This document shows positions 22,794 to 36,480 of a stretch of DNA of 52,273 nucleotides, piece after piece. Position 1 is the stretch's first letter; the number at the start of each line of letters is the position of its first letter. The stretch lies in NCBI RefSeq assembly GCF_004010195.1, contig NC_057719.1, positions 52,724,511 through 52,776,783 on the forward strand, written 5' to 3'. The notes beneath the pieces are model-generated. The model ran no database searches, was not told the DNA's origin, and saw only the letters and a list, made by a program, of their open reading frames with translations. The translations under genes and the position numbers were made by a program. Source of the DNA: Chiloscyllium plagiosum. Its lineage: Eukaryota.

Positions 22794-25700
22794 ATAGAAT
22801 CATAGAGATGTACAGCATGGAAACAGACCCTTCGGTCCAACCCGTCCATGCCGAACAGATATTCCAACCCAATCTAGTCCCACCTGCCAGCATCCCTCCA
22901 AACCCTTCCTATTCATATACTCATCCAAATGCCTCTTAAATGTTGCAATTGGACCAGCCTCCACCACTTCCTCTGGCAGCTCATTCCATACGCTTACCAC
23001 CCTCTGTGTGAAAAAGTTGCCCCTTAGGTCTTTTTTATATCTTTCCCCTCTCACCCTAAACCTATGCCCTCTAGTTCTGGACTCCCCGACCCCAGGGAAA
23101 AGACTTTGCCTATTTACTCTGTCCATGCCCCTCATAATTTTGTAAACCTCTATAAGGTCACCCCTCAGCCTCCAATGCTCCAGGGAAAACAGCCCCAGCC
23201 TGTTCAGCCTCTCCCTATAGCTCAAATCCTCCAACCCTGGCAACATCCTTGTAAATCTTTTCTGTACCCTTTCAAGTTTCACAACATCTTTCCAATAGGA
23301 AGGAGATCTGAATTGCAGGCAGTATTCCAACAGTGGCCTAACCAAATCCTGTACAGCCGCAACATGACCTCCCAACTCCCTCTCAATACTCTGACCAATA
23401 AAGGAAAGCATACCAAATGCTTTCTTCACTATCCTATCTACCTGCGACTCCACTTTAAAGAGCTATGAACCTGCACTCCAAGGTCTCTTTGTTCAGCAAC
23501 CTTACCTTGCCATTACATGTATAAGTCCTGCTAAGATGTGTTTTCCCAAAATGCAGCACCTCGTATTTATCTGAATTAAACTCCATCTGCCACTTCTCAG
23601 CCCATTGGCCCATTAGCCCATCTGATCAAGATCCCGTTGTAATCTGAGGTAACCCTCTTCGCTGTCCACTACACCTCCAATTTTGGTGTCATCTGGAAAC
23701 TTACCAACTGTACCTCTTATGCTCGCATCCAAATCATTTATGTAAATGACAAAAAGTAGAGTACACAGCACCGATCCTTGTGGCACTCCACTGGCCACAG
23801 GCCTCCAGTCTGAAAAACAACCCTCCACCACCACCCTCTGTCTTCTACCTTTGAGCCAGTTCTGTATCCAAATGGCTAGTTCTCTCTGCATTCGTGAGAT
23901 CTAACCTTGCTAATCAGTCTCCGATGGGGAACCTTGTCGAATGCCTTACCGAAGTGCTCATAGATCACATCTACTGCTCTGCCCTCATCAATCCTTTTTG
24001 TTACTTGATCAAAAAACTCAATCAAGTTTGTGAGACATAATTTCCCATGCACAAAACCATGTTGACTATCCCGAATCAGTCCTTGCCTTTCCGAATACAT
24101 GTACATCCTGTCCCTCAGGATTCTCTCCAACAACTTGCCCACCACCGAAGTCAGGCTCACCGGTCTATAGTTCCCTGGCTTGTCCTTACCACCGTTCTTA
24201 AACAGTGGCACCATGCTTGCCAACCTCCAGTCTTCCGGCACCTCACCTGTGACTATCGATGATACAAATATCTCTGCAAGAGGCCCAGCAATCACTTCTC
24301 TAGCTTCCCACAGAGTTCTAGGGTACACCCGATCAGGTCCTGGGGACTTATCCAACTTTTTGCGTTTCAAGGCATCCAGCACTTCCTACTCTGTAATATG
24401 GACATTTTGCAAGGTGACACCATGTATTTCCCCACAGTTTATATCTTCCATATCCTTTTCCACAGTAAATACTGATGCAAAATACTCGTTTAGTATATCC
24501 CCCATTTTCTGTGGCTTCAGACAAAGGCTGCCTTGACACCATCTATTTCCCCACAGTTTATATCTTCCATATCCTTTTCCACAGTAAATACTGATGCAAA
24601 ATACTCATTTAGTATATCCCCCATTTTCTGTGGCTTCAGACAAAGGCTGCCTTGCTGATCTTTGAGGGGCCCTATTATCTCCCTAGTTACCCTTTTGTCC
24701 TTAATGTATTTGTAAAAACCCTTTGGATTCTCCTTAATTCTATTTGCCAAAGCTATCTAATGTCCCCGTTTTGCCCTCCTGATTTCCCTCTTAAGTATAC
24801 TCCTACTTTCTTTATATTCTTCTAAGGATTCAATTGATCTATCCTGTCTCGACCTAACATATGCTTCTTTCTTTATCTTATCCAAACCCTCAATTTCTTT
24901 AGTCATCCAACATTCCCTATACCTAACAGCCTTTCCTTTCACCCTGACAAGAATATGCTTTCTCTGGATTCTTGTTATCTCATTTCTGAAGGCTTCCCAT
25001 TTTCCAGCCGTCCCTTTACCTGCGAACATCTGCCCCCAATCAGCTTTCGAAAGTTCAAGCCTAATACGATCAAAATTGGTCTTTCTCCAGTTTAGAACTT
25101 CAACTTTTAGATCTGGTCTATCCTTTTCCATCATTATTTTAAATCTAAGAAAATTATGGTCGCTGGCCCCAAAGTGCTCCCCCACTGACATCTCAGTCAC
25201 CTGCTCTGCCTTATTTCCCAAGAGTAGGTCAAGTTTTGCACCTTCTCTAGCAGGTACATCCACACACTGAATCAGAAAATCTTCTTGTACACACTTAACA
25301 AATTCCTCTCCATCTAACCCCTTAACACTATGTCAGTCCCAGTCTATATCTGGAAAGTTAAAATCCCCTCCCATAACCACCCTACTATTCTTACAGATAG
25401 CTAGGATCTCCTTACAAGTTTGTTTCTCAATTTCGCTCTATTCAGAGATCTATAATACTATCCCAATAAGTTGATCATCCCTTTCTTATATCTCAGTTCC
25501 ACCAAATAACTTCCTTGGATGTATTTCCAGGAATATCCTCCCTCAGTACAGCTGTAATGCTATCCCTTATCAAAAACGCCACTTCCCCTCCTCTCTTGTC
25601 TCCCTTTTTATCCTTCCTGTAGCATTTGCATCCTGGAACATTAAGCTGTTTGACTCACTTCTGTTCTCAACTGTACCCGTCTCAGATCGATCTCTTTCCT

Positions 25701-26985
25701 CACTATCTCCCTGGGTTCCAACCCCCCACCTTCCTAGTCTAACTCCTCCCAAGCAGCTCTAGCAAATTTCCCTGCCAGTATATTAGTCCCTTTCCAATTT
25801 AGGTGCAATCTGTCCTTCTTGTACAGGTCACTTCTACCCCAAAAGAGATTCCAATGATCCAAAAATGTCAATCCTTCTCCCATGCACATGCTCCTCAGCC
25901 ATGCATTCATCTGCTCTATCCTCTTATTCCTGCCCTCTGCTGGCCACAGAAATGTCTGTCTGTACCTCGGACCAGAGAATCCACTAACACAATTGATCTC
26001 TTGCAAGCCAACGTACCTCTCGTTGCATTAGAGCCAGTCGCAATACCAGAAACTTGGCTGTTTGTCCCATGTTCCCCTGAGAATCCATCCCCTCCTACAT
26101 TTTCCAAAACAGCATACCTGTTTGAAATGGCTATAGCTACAGAAGACTCCTGCACTAGCTGCCTACCTGTCTTAACTTTCCTGGACTTAACCCATCTACG
26201 TGACTGTTTCTGAGACTTGCCCCCTTCCTGTAACTGCCATCCATCACATACTGTTGCTATTGCAAATTCCTCATTGCTTCTAACTGTCTCTCCAACCAAT
26301 CCATTTGATCTGATAAGATTCACAACCAACAACATTTATGCTAGATATAATCCATAGTAACCCTTAAATTCTCTTTTAACTCCCACATCTGACAAGAGGC
26401 ACATATCACTCTACTAAAGGCCATTTTTCCTCCTTCACAATCTACCATCCCAGAAAATAACACCGTCTTATTCTTCTACAAACACTGCCCCAGGTTAAAT
26501 GAATAGTTATGGCTTATATTTTAATTTTAATCAAGAGACATATCTCTAAAAACATATAGTCAAGAAAGAACCCACTATACTCACTACTGCAGATTTTCTG
26601 TCAGCCACACTTGAAAACAACAATTCACTTATCTGATTCTGTGCTGTGAACTTTGCCCAATTGTTCCTCCAAGATCAGTTGTGAATTTCACTGGTTGTCA
26701 ATTTTCCCAGATGCACTCCGATATCCAGCGATATATGAATTGAAACAGCAAAGGCAGTGTCAGTTTCTTTCTCTCTCTCTCTCTCCTGCACTGACCTCAC
26801 CTTGTGCTTCCTTCGTCTGTTCTTCTCCCTTTTAAAACTGCTGTTGTTTTGACTTTTTTTCCAAAGTTCATACAAAACAGTAATTGCTGATCCTGGAATT
26901 TGAGGCAATCACCTCCAGCACCTAAAAACCTCAAAAAAGAATCAGCTGTTAGGGCCAGAAATCTTTCCCGTCGTCACTACTTGAA
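22794..26985 (-). mobile_element. Near full-length CR1 (HER1-like) LINE, inactivated
   Basis: ORF1 SGNH-esterase motifs (VDSLVRGTDRHFCG; DLYKKDRLHLNWKGTNILA), APE endonuclease (PAREGAKLDLLLGN..GASDHN), RT (PGNYRPVSLTSVVGKLLE, SGVPQGSVL, KFPDDTK), octamer tail; frameshifts. Confidence 0.96.
24415..24652. repeat. 119-bp tandem duplication inside CR1 ORF2
   Basis: 24415-24533 and 24534-24652 are identical apart from 2 substitutions. Confidence 0.92.
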
Positions 26986-27087
26986 TCCAGCAGCTTTAGT
27001 TTATAAAAGCAAATGAAGAAGAGATACTGGGCTGAAAAGATTTTCTTTACTTTTACCTCAACAGATGCTGACTGATCTGCTGAGTTT

Positions 27088-27395
27088 TTAGATTAGATTA
27101 GATTACTCACAGTGTGGAAACAGGCCCTTTAGCCCAACAAATCCACACTGACCCGCCAAAGCGCAACCCACCCAGATCCATTCCCCTACACTTACCCCTT
27201 CACCTAACACTATGGGCAATTTAGTATGGCCAATTCACCTAACCTGCACATTTTTGGATTGTGGGAGGAAACCGGAGCATCACGCAGACACAGGGAGAAT
27301 GTACAAACTCCACACAGTCACCTAAGGCGGGAATTGAACTCGGGTCTTTGGCGCTGTGAGGCAGCAGTGCTAACCACTGTGCCATCGTGCCGCCC
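27088..27395 (-). mobile_element. HE1-type SINE inserted into a fold-back family 2 arm
   Basis: Reverse complement of HE1; flanks cagatgctgactgatctgctgagttt and tttctccagcac rejoin as a family-2 arm. Confidence 0.9.
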
Positions 27396-27504
27396 ACAAT
27401 TTCTCCAGCACCTTCCGTTCTTTAGTTGATAGGTTGTTTCTGATTTTGACTTTTGCTGCTGTTTTCTTCAGTGGTTATGAGAATGAGAAAGTCTTTTCAT
27501 AAAG

Positions 27505-27720
27505 TCATAATATACAGGAGCAGAATAAGGCCAAGTCTCCTCCACCATTTGATCATGGCTGATGTGCTCCTCACCTCCATTTTCCTGCCTTCTCTCCATA
27601 TGCTTTAAACCCACTACCAACTAAAAATCTGTCTAACTTCTCCTTAAATTTACTCAGCTTCTACTGCACTTGTGGGGTAGTGAATTCCACAAATTCACAA
27701 CCCTTTGAAAAAAGTAGTTT
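27505..27720 (-). mobile_element. CR1 3' fragment
   Basis: ggagcagaataaggcc..ccatttgatcatggctga..gaattccacaaattcacaaccc, similar to the reverse complement of 14150-14370. Confidence 0.75.
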
Positions 27721-27789
27721 TCAAAAGTTATTCCCAAGTAGGTGGGGTTGAGACCATACATTAGCCTCTGTCCATCCATGTGTATGTGT

Positions 27790-28500
27790 AATTATATTTT
27801 TGGTACTGGTTATGTGGAGTTGGCTTCAGAGGGATTCACCCTTATCACAAATGCCTGAGCAGCCTTGTCCCTGGTTCAACATTCAGATAATCCACTTCAC
27901 CCTCCCACATGTACCAGTTGCTAGCAGCCACCAATGGAGCTTGAACAAATCCAACTCGAACATACCATTCTGATTTATACAAGTCTGGAGCCCATCTTTT
28001 CCAGTGTGAAGTGATGCCCAAATCCATGAGAGTACTTGCAGCCCAAGCCATGATCCTGCATCTGATATTGAATGTCTCAGATTCCATTCTTGCACAGGGA
28101 GAATCCAGTCTCAGATGGAGATCGTGAAAACCATAATCATTTGTCAGGCAAGCGCAAGTAGGTTCATCTTCCGGTTGCCATTGCTGCAGACACCAGTGAA
28201 TGAAGCAGTGTGCAGATCCTCCCAGCAGTCTAGCAGTGCATCCTCAACGAGATTAGGAATGTTGCTGGAATGGCACCCAAGTACCTGTTTCACCAAATTA
28301 AGCATTCACTAAGATGGTTTTCAGATCATGATAGCACCAAGTGAACATTATTAGACTTGTTAAAGAACATCCAGCCATAAATATGTGAGTATTACAGTGT
28401 CACTTGTGCTATCAATTGAAGCCTGCATTGCTGGATATCCCCCTAGCCTGGCAAACTCATGTACTCACAGATTCTGCTTCTTACTGCTAAATGAGGTGGT
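27790..28500 (-). mobile_element. Possible second Harbinger transposase relic
   Basis: Scattered GF(S)PVQ, CRIMAW and DKG fragments in HARBI1 order. Very weak. Confidence 0.25.
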
Positions 28501-28819
28501 GAAGTTCTGTCTTTTATGGAGGGCCTCTATAAACGTTACAGATGCAGAAATGGACAGCGAACAGTGAGTGGTGGTTAGTTTCACAATTCCGATCTAGAAT
28601 AGTCTACTGGTGAGGCATTTTATGGCAACACTGACATTGATGATTATTGGCAGCTCTGTGAACCTCTTGCTGTGTGGCTGAAGTTAGGATTGTAGGAGGG
28701 AACACATTCTCTTAATGATGAAACACCAGTGCTGCAAAGAATGCTTGTGACAATGATGAAGTTAAAAATAATGCTCCTGAAGGGCTTTTCATTGAAATGG
28801 CAAACAAAGAACCTCTCCC

Positions 28820-29444
28820 TCCAGATACATCCAGACAGAATGCTCTCGATGGCGCACCTATAAAAGTTGGCAAGGGTATTCGTCGTCATGCCAAATTTCC
28901 TCAGCTGCTTGAGGAAGAGACATTGTTAGGCCTTTGTAACCAATGCGTCCACATGAAGAGTCCAAGAAAACTTGTTGTGGATGACCACTCCCAGGAGCTT
29001 GACACTCTCCACTCGTTCCACCCCTGTGCTGTTAATGTGTAGGGGTGCATGAGTAATATCCTGCTGAAAGTCAATAATGAGTTCCTTGGTTTTGCTGGCA
29101 TTGAGAGCTAGGTTGTTCTCAGTGTACTATTTTTCCAGGTCTTCCATCTCCCGTCTATAGTCTGTTTCGTTGCCATCTGAGATTCGACTGACTATGGTGG
29201 TGTCATCAGCGAACTTGTAAATGGCATTAGTCTGGTATTTGGCGACGCAGTCATGGATATACAGTGAGTACAGTAGGGGGCTGAGTGCACATCCCTGGTG
29301 TGCTCCAGTGTTAAGTGTTAGTGACAAATAAATATTGTCCCCAATCTTCACTGATTGTGGCCTGTTGGTCAGGAAACTGAGGATCCTGTTGCAGAGAGTG
29401 GGATTTAGTCCAAGATCACTAAGTTTAGTAATCAATCTCGAGGG
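28820..29444 (-). mobile_element. Rex1/Babar-clade LINE RT fragment
   Basis: [50 protein letters not shown] and FYRCAIESILSGCI. Confidence 0.9.
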
Positions 29445-30386
29445 AACTGATTAGTAGGGAAATTTAGTTGAATTAAATGCCACTCACTGAACAACAGTAG
29501 GCCTTGCCAATGATCAAGGACATCAGGTCCTGTCTGCTGAGAGCTGTGAGACAGTCAAGCCAATTGTCAAAGGGCTCCATTCACTCTGTGTGAATTTCAT
29601 GTATACATGACATATCTACACTCGTATCTATCAGTCAAGACACCTAACCCAGGCTGTACCAGGTATTGTGGTTCTGGTCAACGTTTTGCAGCTCAGATCT
29701 ACAGTGTGAGTGTCATGGAGTCAAATTTCACAGCCAATAAGGTGACATGCACTTGGCAATTTCTGACCAACTGAACAAATTTTGATTAAGGGCGAAACTT
29801 TTGCATGCATACAATGAGGGCAGAATTAATTTTGAATTCAGTCATTATCGCACAGTAACAACTTAATCCCCAATGGCATCCGCCAGACAGAAGAAGGTGA
29901 CCTTTACTAACAATGAAAAAAGCCACTTGATACTCTGCCTTGATAGAGTATTAAAAGGCTTTGAAGACTTTATCTCAGTTCAGTCATTTTAATTTATACT
30001 ATTACATGCTTCAACTTTTAGATTGCACCTTATAATTAAATAGACCAACTGAAACGCAAAGGACTGAATTTTTTCTAACCAAAATGATATTATACATTTT
30101 TGTAAATTTAATATGACAAGGAATTCAACTGCTTAGTCACATAAATCTAACAATCTATAATGGGCCACTCGACCTTTAGAAATGAGTTTCATACTTTTGC
30201 TTGCAGCAAGAAATGGAAAATAGCAGAATGGGAACAATCCAAAGAAGGTGGACAAAAGTATAAAGTTTCCATTGCTAAAGAAGTAATTTAATGTGAATCC
30301 ATTTCTTCCTCCAAAAATACATAGTAGCTACTTTCCGACACCATTGTCACTGAATTGAAAAAAAAACAGAAATATACAAAGACATA

Positions 30387-30616
30387 TGAAATAACTGTTT
30401 ACAGGCTGGTACCCCATCACCAAGTCACACTTTATTTACATGTGCATAGGACATGGACTCTGGCCAGCTAGCTCAGAGCCAATCTAGACAAAGTACACTC
30501 TCTGAGATTTCTGTTGACCTCTGCCAGCCAGGGCTCCCTGTTTGCCCCGGGTTAACAACCCCAGTAGGGAGCTCATAGTCAATGTGATCCACCTGGCTCT
30601 CATTCCAATCACTACA
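30387..30616 (-). mobile_element. Solo LTR related to the 8.3-12.4 kb Gypsy LTRs
   Basis: TG..CA termini, shared blocks (caagtcac, cagccagggctccctg, tccacctggct) and a 5-bp TSD acata at 30382-30386 and 30617-30621. Confidence 0.88.
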
Positions 30617-31199
30617 ACATACAAACTGTGTGACAAACATGAGTTATATACAACATGGGACAAAACACTATGAAAGGAAGAGACCAAAAGAAAGACAAAC
30701 TTGAAAAAAAGGAGAATAAGTATGGTGGACTCAGAGATCAACCAATATAAATAAATATACAGATGAAGGCAACAGCACGGAAATGTATCTTATAACAAAA
30801 CAGAGAATGAGTCAAAGGCCTTAATTTTAATGCAACTACTTGACAGGAATATGGCAGGAGTTAAAATCAGGAAAAGTGCAGGCACAGCATGAATAAGCTC
30901 AAATGAAGGTTCAAGAACATGATATAGGGCCTGGTGTGATTTTAATGGACTGCATTGCCAGTGACATATACTGCCTCTCTCAGGAGGAACTGTTACCTGC
31001 TAAAGTCTGGGAGCCCTTAAAATAGATTATTGACTTAGCTTTATTGCCACATGTACTTGAATGAAAAATTTGCAAGTCACCACTGACGGTACTACCTTAG
31101 GTACAAAGGTCCATATTCTTAAGTACAAATTCTTAGAAAAAATAGAAAAATAAATTTAAAAGAAGTCCAGCATTATAGATCATGGGAATAAACTAGAAA

Positions 31200-33130
31200 A
31201 ATACATGTTCCATATAATCCTCCTTCAAAACTAGTCCACACCACCACCGAAACTTCTGTATGAAAGAGAGTTCTCCACCACCTCACTGCCGCCTGCTACA
31301 GTCCCATCAACATGGGATCACCACTCTTTAGGAGCCAGCTTGCCACTGCTGGGCCCACCATTCCAATGCCGCTGAGTCTAATGCTGAACCCATGGTTACT
31401 CCCCAAGCAGGATACCCCTGCTCTACTACTGCTGAAAATCTGGACTTAAAGAATTGATGCAATTCCAAAGACAGAGAGACAAGAACACAAAACATTAGAT
31501 GGTAGGGCACATGCTTATACACAGTTACGTTAAGGAGAATAAATATAAATACTTCTACTTTGGCCTTTGAGCAATATGGCCAGTATTTAAAAAGTAAGTC
31601 ACCTGTTCATAGCTCAATGTATAGGGGTGGGACTGGTACAGAAAGAGAAAGCTCTGAGATGGGAGATAGTCAGCAAAGGCCACCACTATGGTCTTTGTGA
31701 GGGCAGTGCACAGGACCACAGTGGGTATCATCAAAGTGCAACGTCAAGGTCAGAAGGAAAGATAAAGGAGAGTTCTATGTGGTGTATGTGATGGATGTCA
31801 ACACACAGAGGGGGGAAGGGGGCTAGATGTTTGGGAGGGACAGTGGGGATGGGATCAGTGAGGTAGAGTTATGGTTAAAAAGGTTATGTGAAGACTCTGG
31901 TCATGAACAGTTTGAGCCACAGAGCTGAGTATTTTTAGCATGAATTGTGTTCCTTGTCATCACTTGCCATTTCCGAGAATTGATGTGCAAATAGAAAATG
32001 CCTGGCACAATACTCAGGAGGGTGGTGGTGGTGGTGGGTGGAGGGGGGGGGTGCAGAATCAGTGTTACTTTGATGGACAAAAATACATGCTTCACTTCTG
32101 CTGGATGACAGGCTGTGACTCATACATTTGCAGAATACAGCACCATTTCATTTGCAATCGCACCATTGTGCATGTGATATGAATGCAATCCACATATTTG
32201 GGGTTCAAATGCAAATCAATAGTAAGGTATACCATGTCTTTGGTCTATGCATAACCTGCACATAGTCCACTCAATGCAACAGATATTATCATCACCGACT
32301 CTAAAAGATGTTGGTTTTGGCCATCACCTATTTCCACGCACTATGTCCAATGGTGCTGTGGGGCTCAAAATCACTTCTCTTTACACCAACACTCTGAAAA
32401 ACATTATATATTATAAAGTATGCAATTACAACTTAAATAGTTAATGTGTGGATGGGATTGGGAAAGATTCAGAGTGCATGCAAATATATATTGCAATGTT
32501 TCACTCTGACCCAGTGCATCACCTCTACAAAGTAGATGGTTAACCCAAAGAGCTATGAGATGTTGATATATGGCTGACTTTGTCAGGGTGCGACATGAGT
32601 CATTGTATGGAGGAGTGTGCAGTACATTCTAACACTGACCCTTCTCCAAGCTAAGACCCTGTTTTGATCCATATATTCCCAAAGTAGGTTATTACTAGCA
32701 CAAGTGATGTAACCACAGATGGGATGCTCCCTGTAGCAGCTGCCTTTCTAAGAATACAAAGATAACTGGAGGAGGAGCAGGTGGAATAGCAACTACAGGA
32801 GCAGCTACTCCAGAGGCTGAAGAGCACCCAGTTCACTGTGAGAGCAACACAAATGTCAAAAGAGGGGAGGCCTGACCTGGTATGGAGTTGGTTATCAATG
32901 GGCTGGTCAAAGGCACCACCAGTGATGAGTTCAATGCCGCTGCAATTTTTTTCTGAAATTCATATGGATATTGCCCATACTTCTGGTGTAATAGACCCAC
33001 ATGGTTGAGTTTGCAAACATAAAATCCCCTATCACTTGGGACCAACCCCTCTAAGAACAAATTGGTTGCTGAGGTAAATGTTCCAAATATTCAATCACTC
33101 AATTTATTTTCCAGAGCGCTACAGAGTAAC
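31200..33130. mobile_element. Probable decayed Harbinger-type DNA transposon
   Basis: Plus 33060-33125 loosely resembles VAVKV..LNF.SGSFQ of HARBI1-type transposases, preceded by an E/Q-rich stretch. Weak. Confidence 0.25.
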
Positions 33131-34154
33131 AAAACAAAATCACAGAAGCTGGAAACAACATATTAAAAGCCAGTTATTGTGACTGGCATTTCATCTTATC
33201 TTTACAGAAGAGCCTTTTGAAAGGGGACAAAACAAGGAATCTTGGCGTGGCTGATGTATATTTGTTATTCAGGACACATATCAGATGTGCACTCTGCCTT
33301 CACTCAGATAGATGATATTCTGTTACAGTGATACATACGATGCACAATAGCTTTCTAAAAACATTGAAGGTGTTGGTTCAGTGATCAGCCTGCTCACAAT
33401 CAGAAATAACAGCACTCATCAGTTTAAAGTTAAAATCCTTCCAGTATTCTTTTTAAATAATAAAATGAGTTGACTTTCAGTAGCTGAATTACAATGAAAG
33501 AAATGACACAAATGCCGTCAGTATTCCTTACAAAAAATATCATAATATTACCACAGCAATCTAACTAATGTTTTTATAATCATCTTCTTTGTTGTTCCTT
33601 CCATAAAACCATTATAACAATATTTACTAATTTGTATGCACAACCAATCTATTCATCTTTCAATGAACTAACTGTTGCCACATCTCATACTCCAAATAAT
33701 GATAAATTTCTTCCTATGGTAAGCATGACGTTAGTGGTCTGGCTGTTTCTTTTCTGGAATGTAGGTATCATTGGAAAGGCTGGCATATACTACACGCTGT
33801 TAATTTCCTTTTGCATTGAGTGGCTTGCTAGACCCATTTTAGAGAGGCATTTAAGAGTCAACAACATACTGTGGTTCTGGTGTCACTTGCTGGCAAGGCC
33901 AGATAGGAATGGCTGTCTACCCTCCTCTAGAGGATATTAGGAAACCAGACGGACATTTAACAATAGTGAATTATGGTTGTTATGGTCACCTTTACTGACA
34001 GGAGCTTTATATTCAGTGGTGAGATACGAACCTGTGTACCAAGAACATTAAGCTTGGCTTCTGGATTAGAAGTCCATTGACATTGCCATTATGTCATTGC
34101 ATCCTCCTATTCCAGTTACACCAAATTAGCATTGACAGATATGAACTATCAATT

Positions 34155-34249
34155 AGGCGAAAGATGTCAAGATTAGAGTAGTGCTGGAAAAGCACAGCAG
34201 GTCAGGCAGTATCCGAGGAGCAGGAAAATCGACATTTCGGGCAAAACCC
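34155..34249 (-). mobile_element. Single truncated arm of fold-back family 1
   Basis: Arm identical in type to 9809-9880; stops in hammerhead stem II (minus gggttttgcccgaaatgtc); 11-bp direct repeat aac(t/c)atcaatt at 34144-34154 and 34250-34260. Confidence 0.8.
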
Positions 34250-35169
34250 AACCATCAATTTTCAATTGATCTTACACCGAGTGTGTAGCAGGCACCGAGT
34301 TCAACAATAGTAGAAGCCTGGCAACACGACAAACTCCTAAGAACAGGCAGTCAGTCAGAACATTAGGCCCCTAGGACTTCTCTGGAAGGGGCTAGCAGAA
34401 GGCTGCAGGAATTTTATGGAATTGAATAACCTTATGCCAAGAGCAGGTTTGTTTGCTGTCTGCCCATTTCTTGGTGTAGCTGAAATAACATTAAGCAGGC
34501 CTTGAGGCATTCAGTGCTCCTCTAAAGTGCCCACACACATCTCAGTTTTCTCTGACAGTGCTCCCTTTTGAAATGAGAATGTGACCAAATGTATTATGTT
34601 GATTCTCAGTCTTTCAAGTCTAGAAATGTTGCGTGAACATGCCTCAATGGTAAGCCAATTATTGTACTCAATATTTTATAGTTATTCATCTTCTTTACCT
34701 CATAAACGCTTCACCTATATTGGGAATATCAACTGTCATGGAGTAGGAAGACCCAGGTCAAGACAGTGTTCGGATTCTCTACATATTTCATTGCAGTTCG
34801 CTAATCCCATGGGAGAAAAACTCAATTCGTACAAGACCATAACTTCTTCATTTTCTTTGCTTTAATGGCTCAAATTTTCTGGACTCTAGATTGTTGGAAA
34901 TTAGGCATATATCTGAAGATATGTGCTTCAGGAAGTCCTGATGTGTGGGCCCACGTGAGAATTGCTGGAAAAGTCTAGACCCTGTTTATTCCTGCCCTAC
35001 TTAACTTACTTAACCCCTGCCAACTCCTATCTGACGACTTCCTGAGCTGATCACACTCTTAAATTGATCCTACAGCACAACCACCTCATTCAACCCTACT
35101 ACCCACCAGCCTGATCCAACTATTGCCTCTGATCTGACATGACTATCACTTGTCATGACTACCAAATAC

Positions 35170-35925
35170 CATCTGAGGGACACAAGTGCCAGGCAATGAC
35201 CATCTCAAACAAGAGAGAATCTAATCATTGGGCCTTGACATTCAATAACATTACCAATGCTTAATTCTCCACTATCAACATCCTGGGATTACCATTGGCC
35301 AGATAACAAACTGGACCACTCATATAAGTTATCTGGCTGCAAGAGCAGTTCAAAGGATAGGAATATTGTAATGAATGATTCAGCTCCTGACTCATCAAAA
35401 CTATTTACATTCTACAAAGCACAAGTCAGGAATATGATGGAATACTCCTCACTTGCCTGGATGAGTACAGTCCCAACAACACTCAAGAAATTTGACACCA
35501 TCCAAGACAAAGCAGCTTGCTTGACTGGCATGATGTCTGCAAACATCCACTCCCTCCAACACTGATATTCAGGTGTACTACCTCCAAAGTGCACAGCAGA
35601 AATTCATCAAAGGTCCTTAGAAGGCACTTTCCAAACCCACAAACACTTTCATGTCGAAGGCTAAGGGCAGCAATTACATGGGAATATTGCCATGTGCAAG
35701 TTTCTCTCCAAGTCACTCAATGACCTGACTTGGAAATGCATTGCAGTTCATTCAGTGTCACTGGATTAAAATCCTGGAACCTCCTCCCTAATGCCAGTAT
35801 TGGTCTACCTACAGCACATGGACTTCATCAGTTCAAGAAGGCAGTTCACCAGCAGCTGCTCAAGAGCAGTTAGGGATGGACAGTTATTGCTGCCTAGCCT
35901 GTCACATCTATATCTCATGAAGAAA
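35170..35925 (+). mobile_element. Old CR1/L2-group LINE 3' fragment
   Basis: YKAQVRNMMEYSSLAWMS..LKKFDTIQDKAACL and SWNLLPN; related minus-strand pieces at ~33740-34110, 37940-38310, 41030-41250, 42705-42755 and 48365-48505. Confidence 0.75.
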
Positions 35926-35929
35926 TAAA

Positions 35930-36480
35930 ACAAAACTGACCTATCTATTCCTAATCTAACCCAACCACCTACTGACCCAATACCAATGACCTCACCAACC
36001 CAACCATTGCCCACTACCCTCCCCAAATGGACTATTACATATCCCTGAACTGATTTTATCCCATTCCCAGACCTGAAACCTCCAACCAGACCAAACTACC
36101 CTCCAACCACTTCCCTTATCCAAACTGACTACTCACAAACTACCTGACTGCATCCCCACATGAACATCCAGCCAATCTGCCTACTAACTGACTCGGCTAC
36201 TCAATTCACCCATTCATGTGTCTACACATTTCACCACTTATGCAGTCCCAAATTCACCCAATTATCCACCTCACCCACCCTCAAATATGAACCTCCCACT
36301 TAACATTTAACCTTTTTCACTTACCCAGTTAATCAACACAGTTACATGCATAGTATCTTAATCACCTTCCTAAATTAACCCACTTCCCCATTCTCCTACT
36401 CCCCACCTGACCCATCTACCTACATAAGCATCCATCTGTTGACTCCTTCACTTTATTTACACACGCATACACTTATCACA
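35930..36480. repeat. C/A-rich, G-poor low-complexity tract
   Basis: Degenerate ccca/ccta/cact motifs with strong strand asymmetry. Confidence 0.6.

Noticed and set aside
29857..30282. Small plus-strand exon candidates (NNLIPNGIRQTEE; KKWKIAEWEQSKEGGQKYKVSIAKE) and the short ORF MASARQKKVTF
   Set aside because: Weak donors and no recognisable homology; expected by chance.
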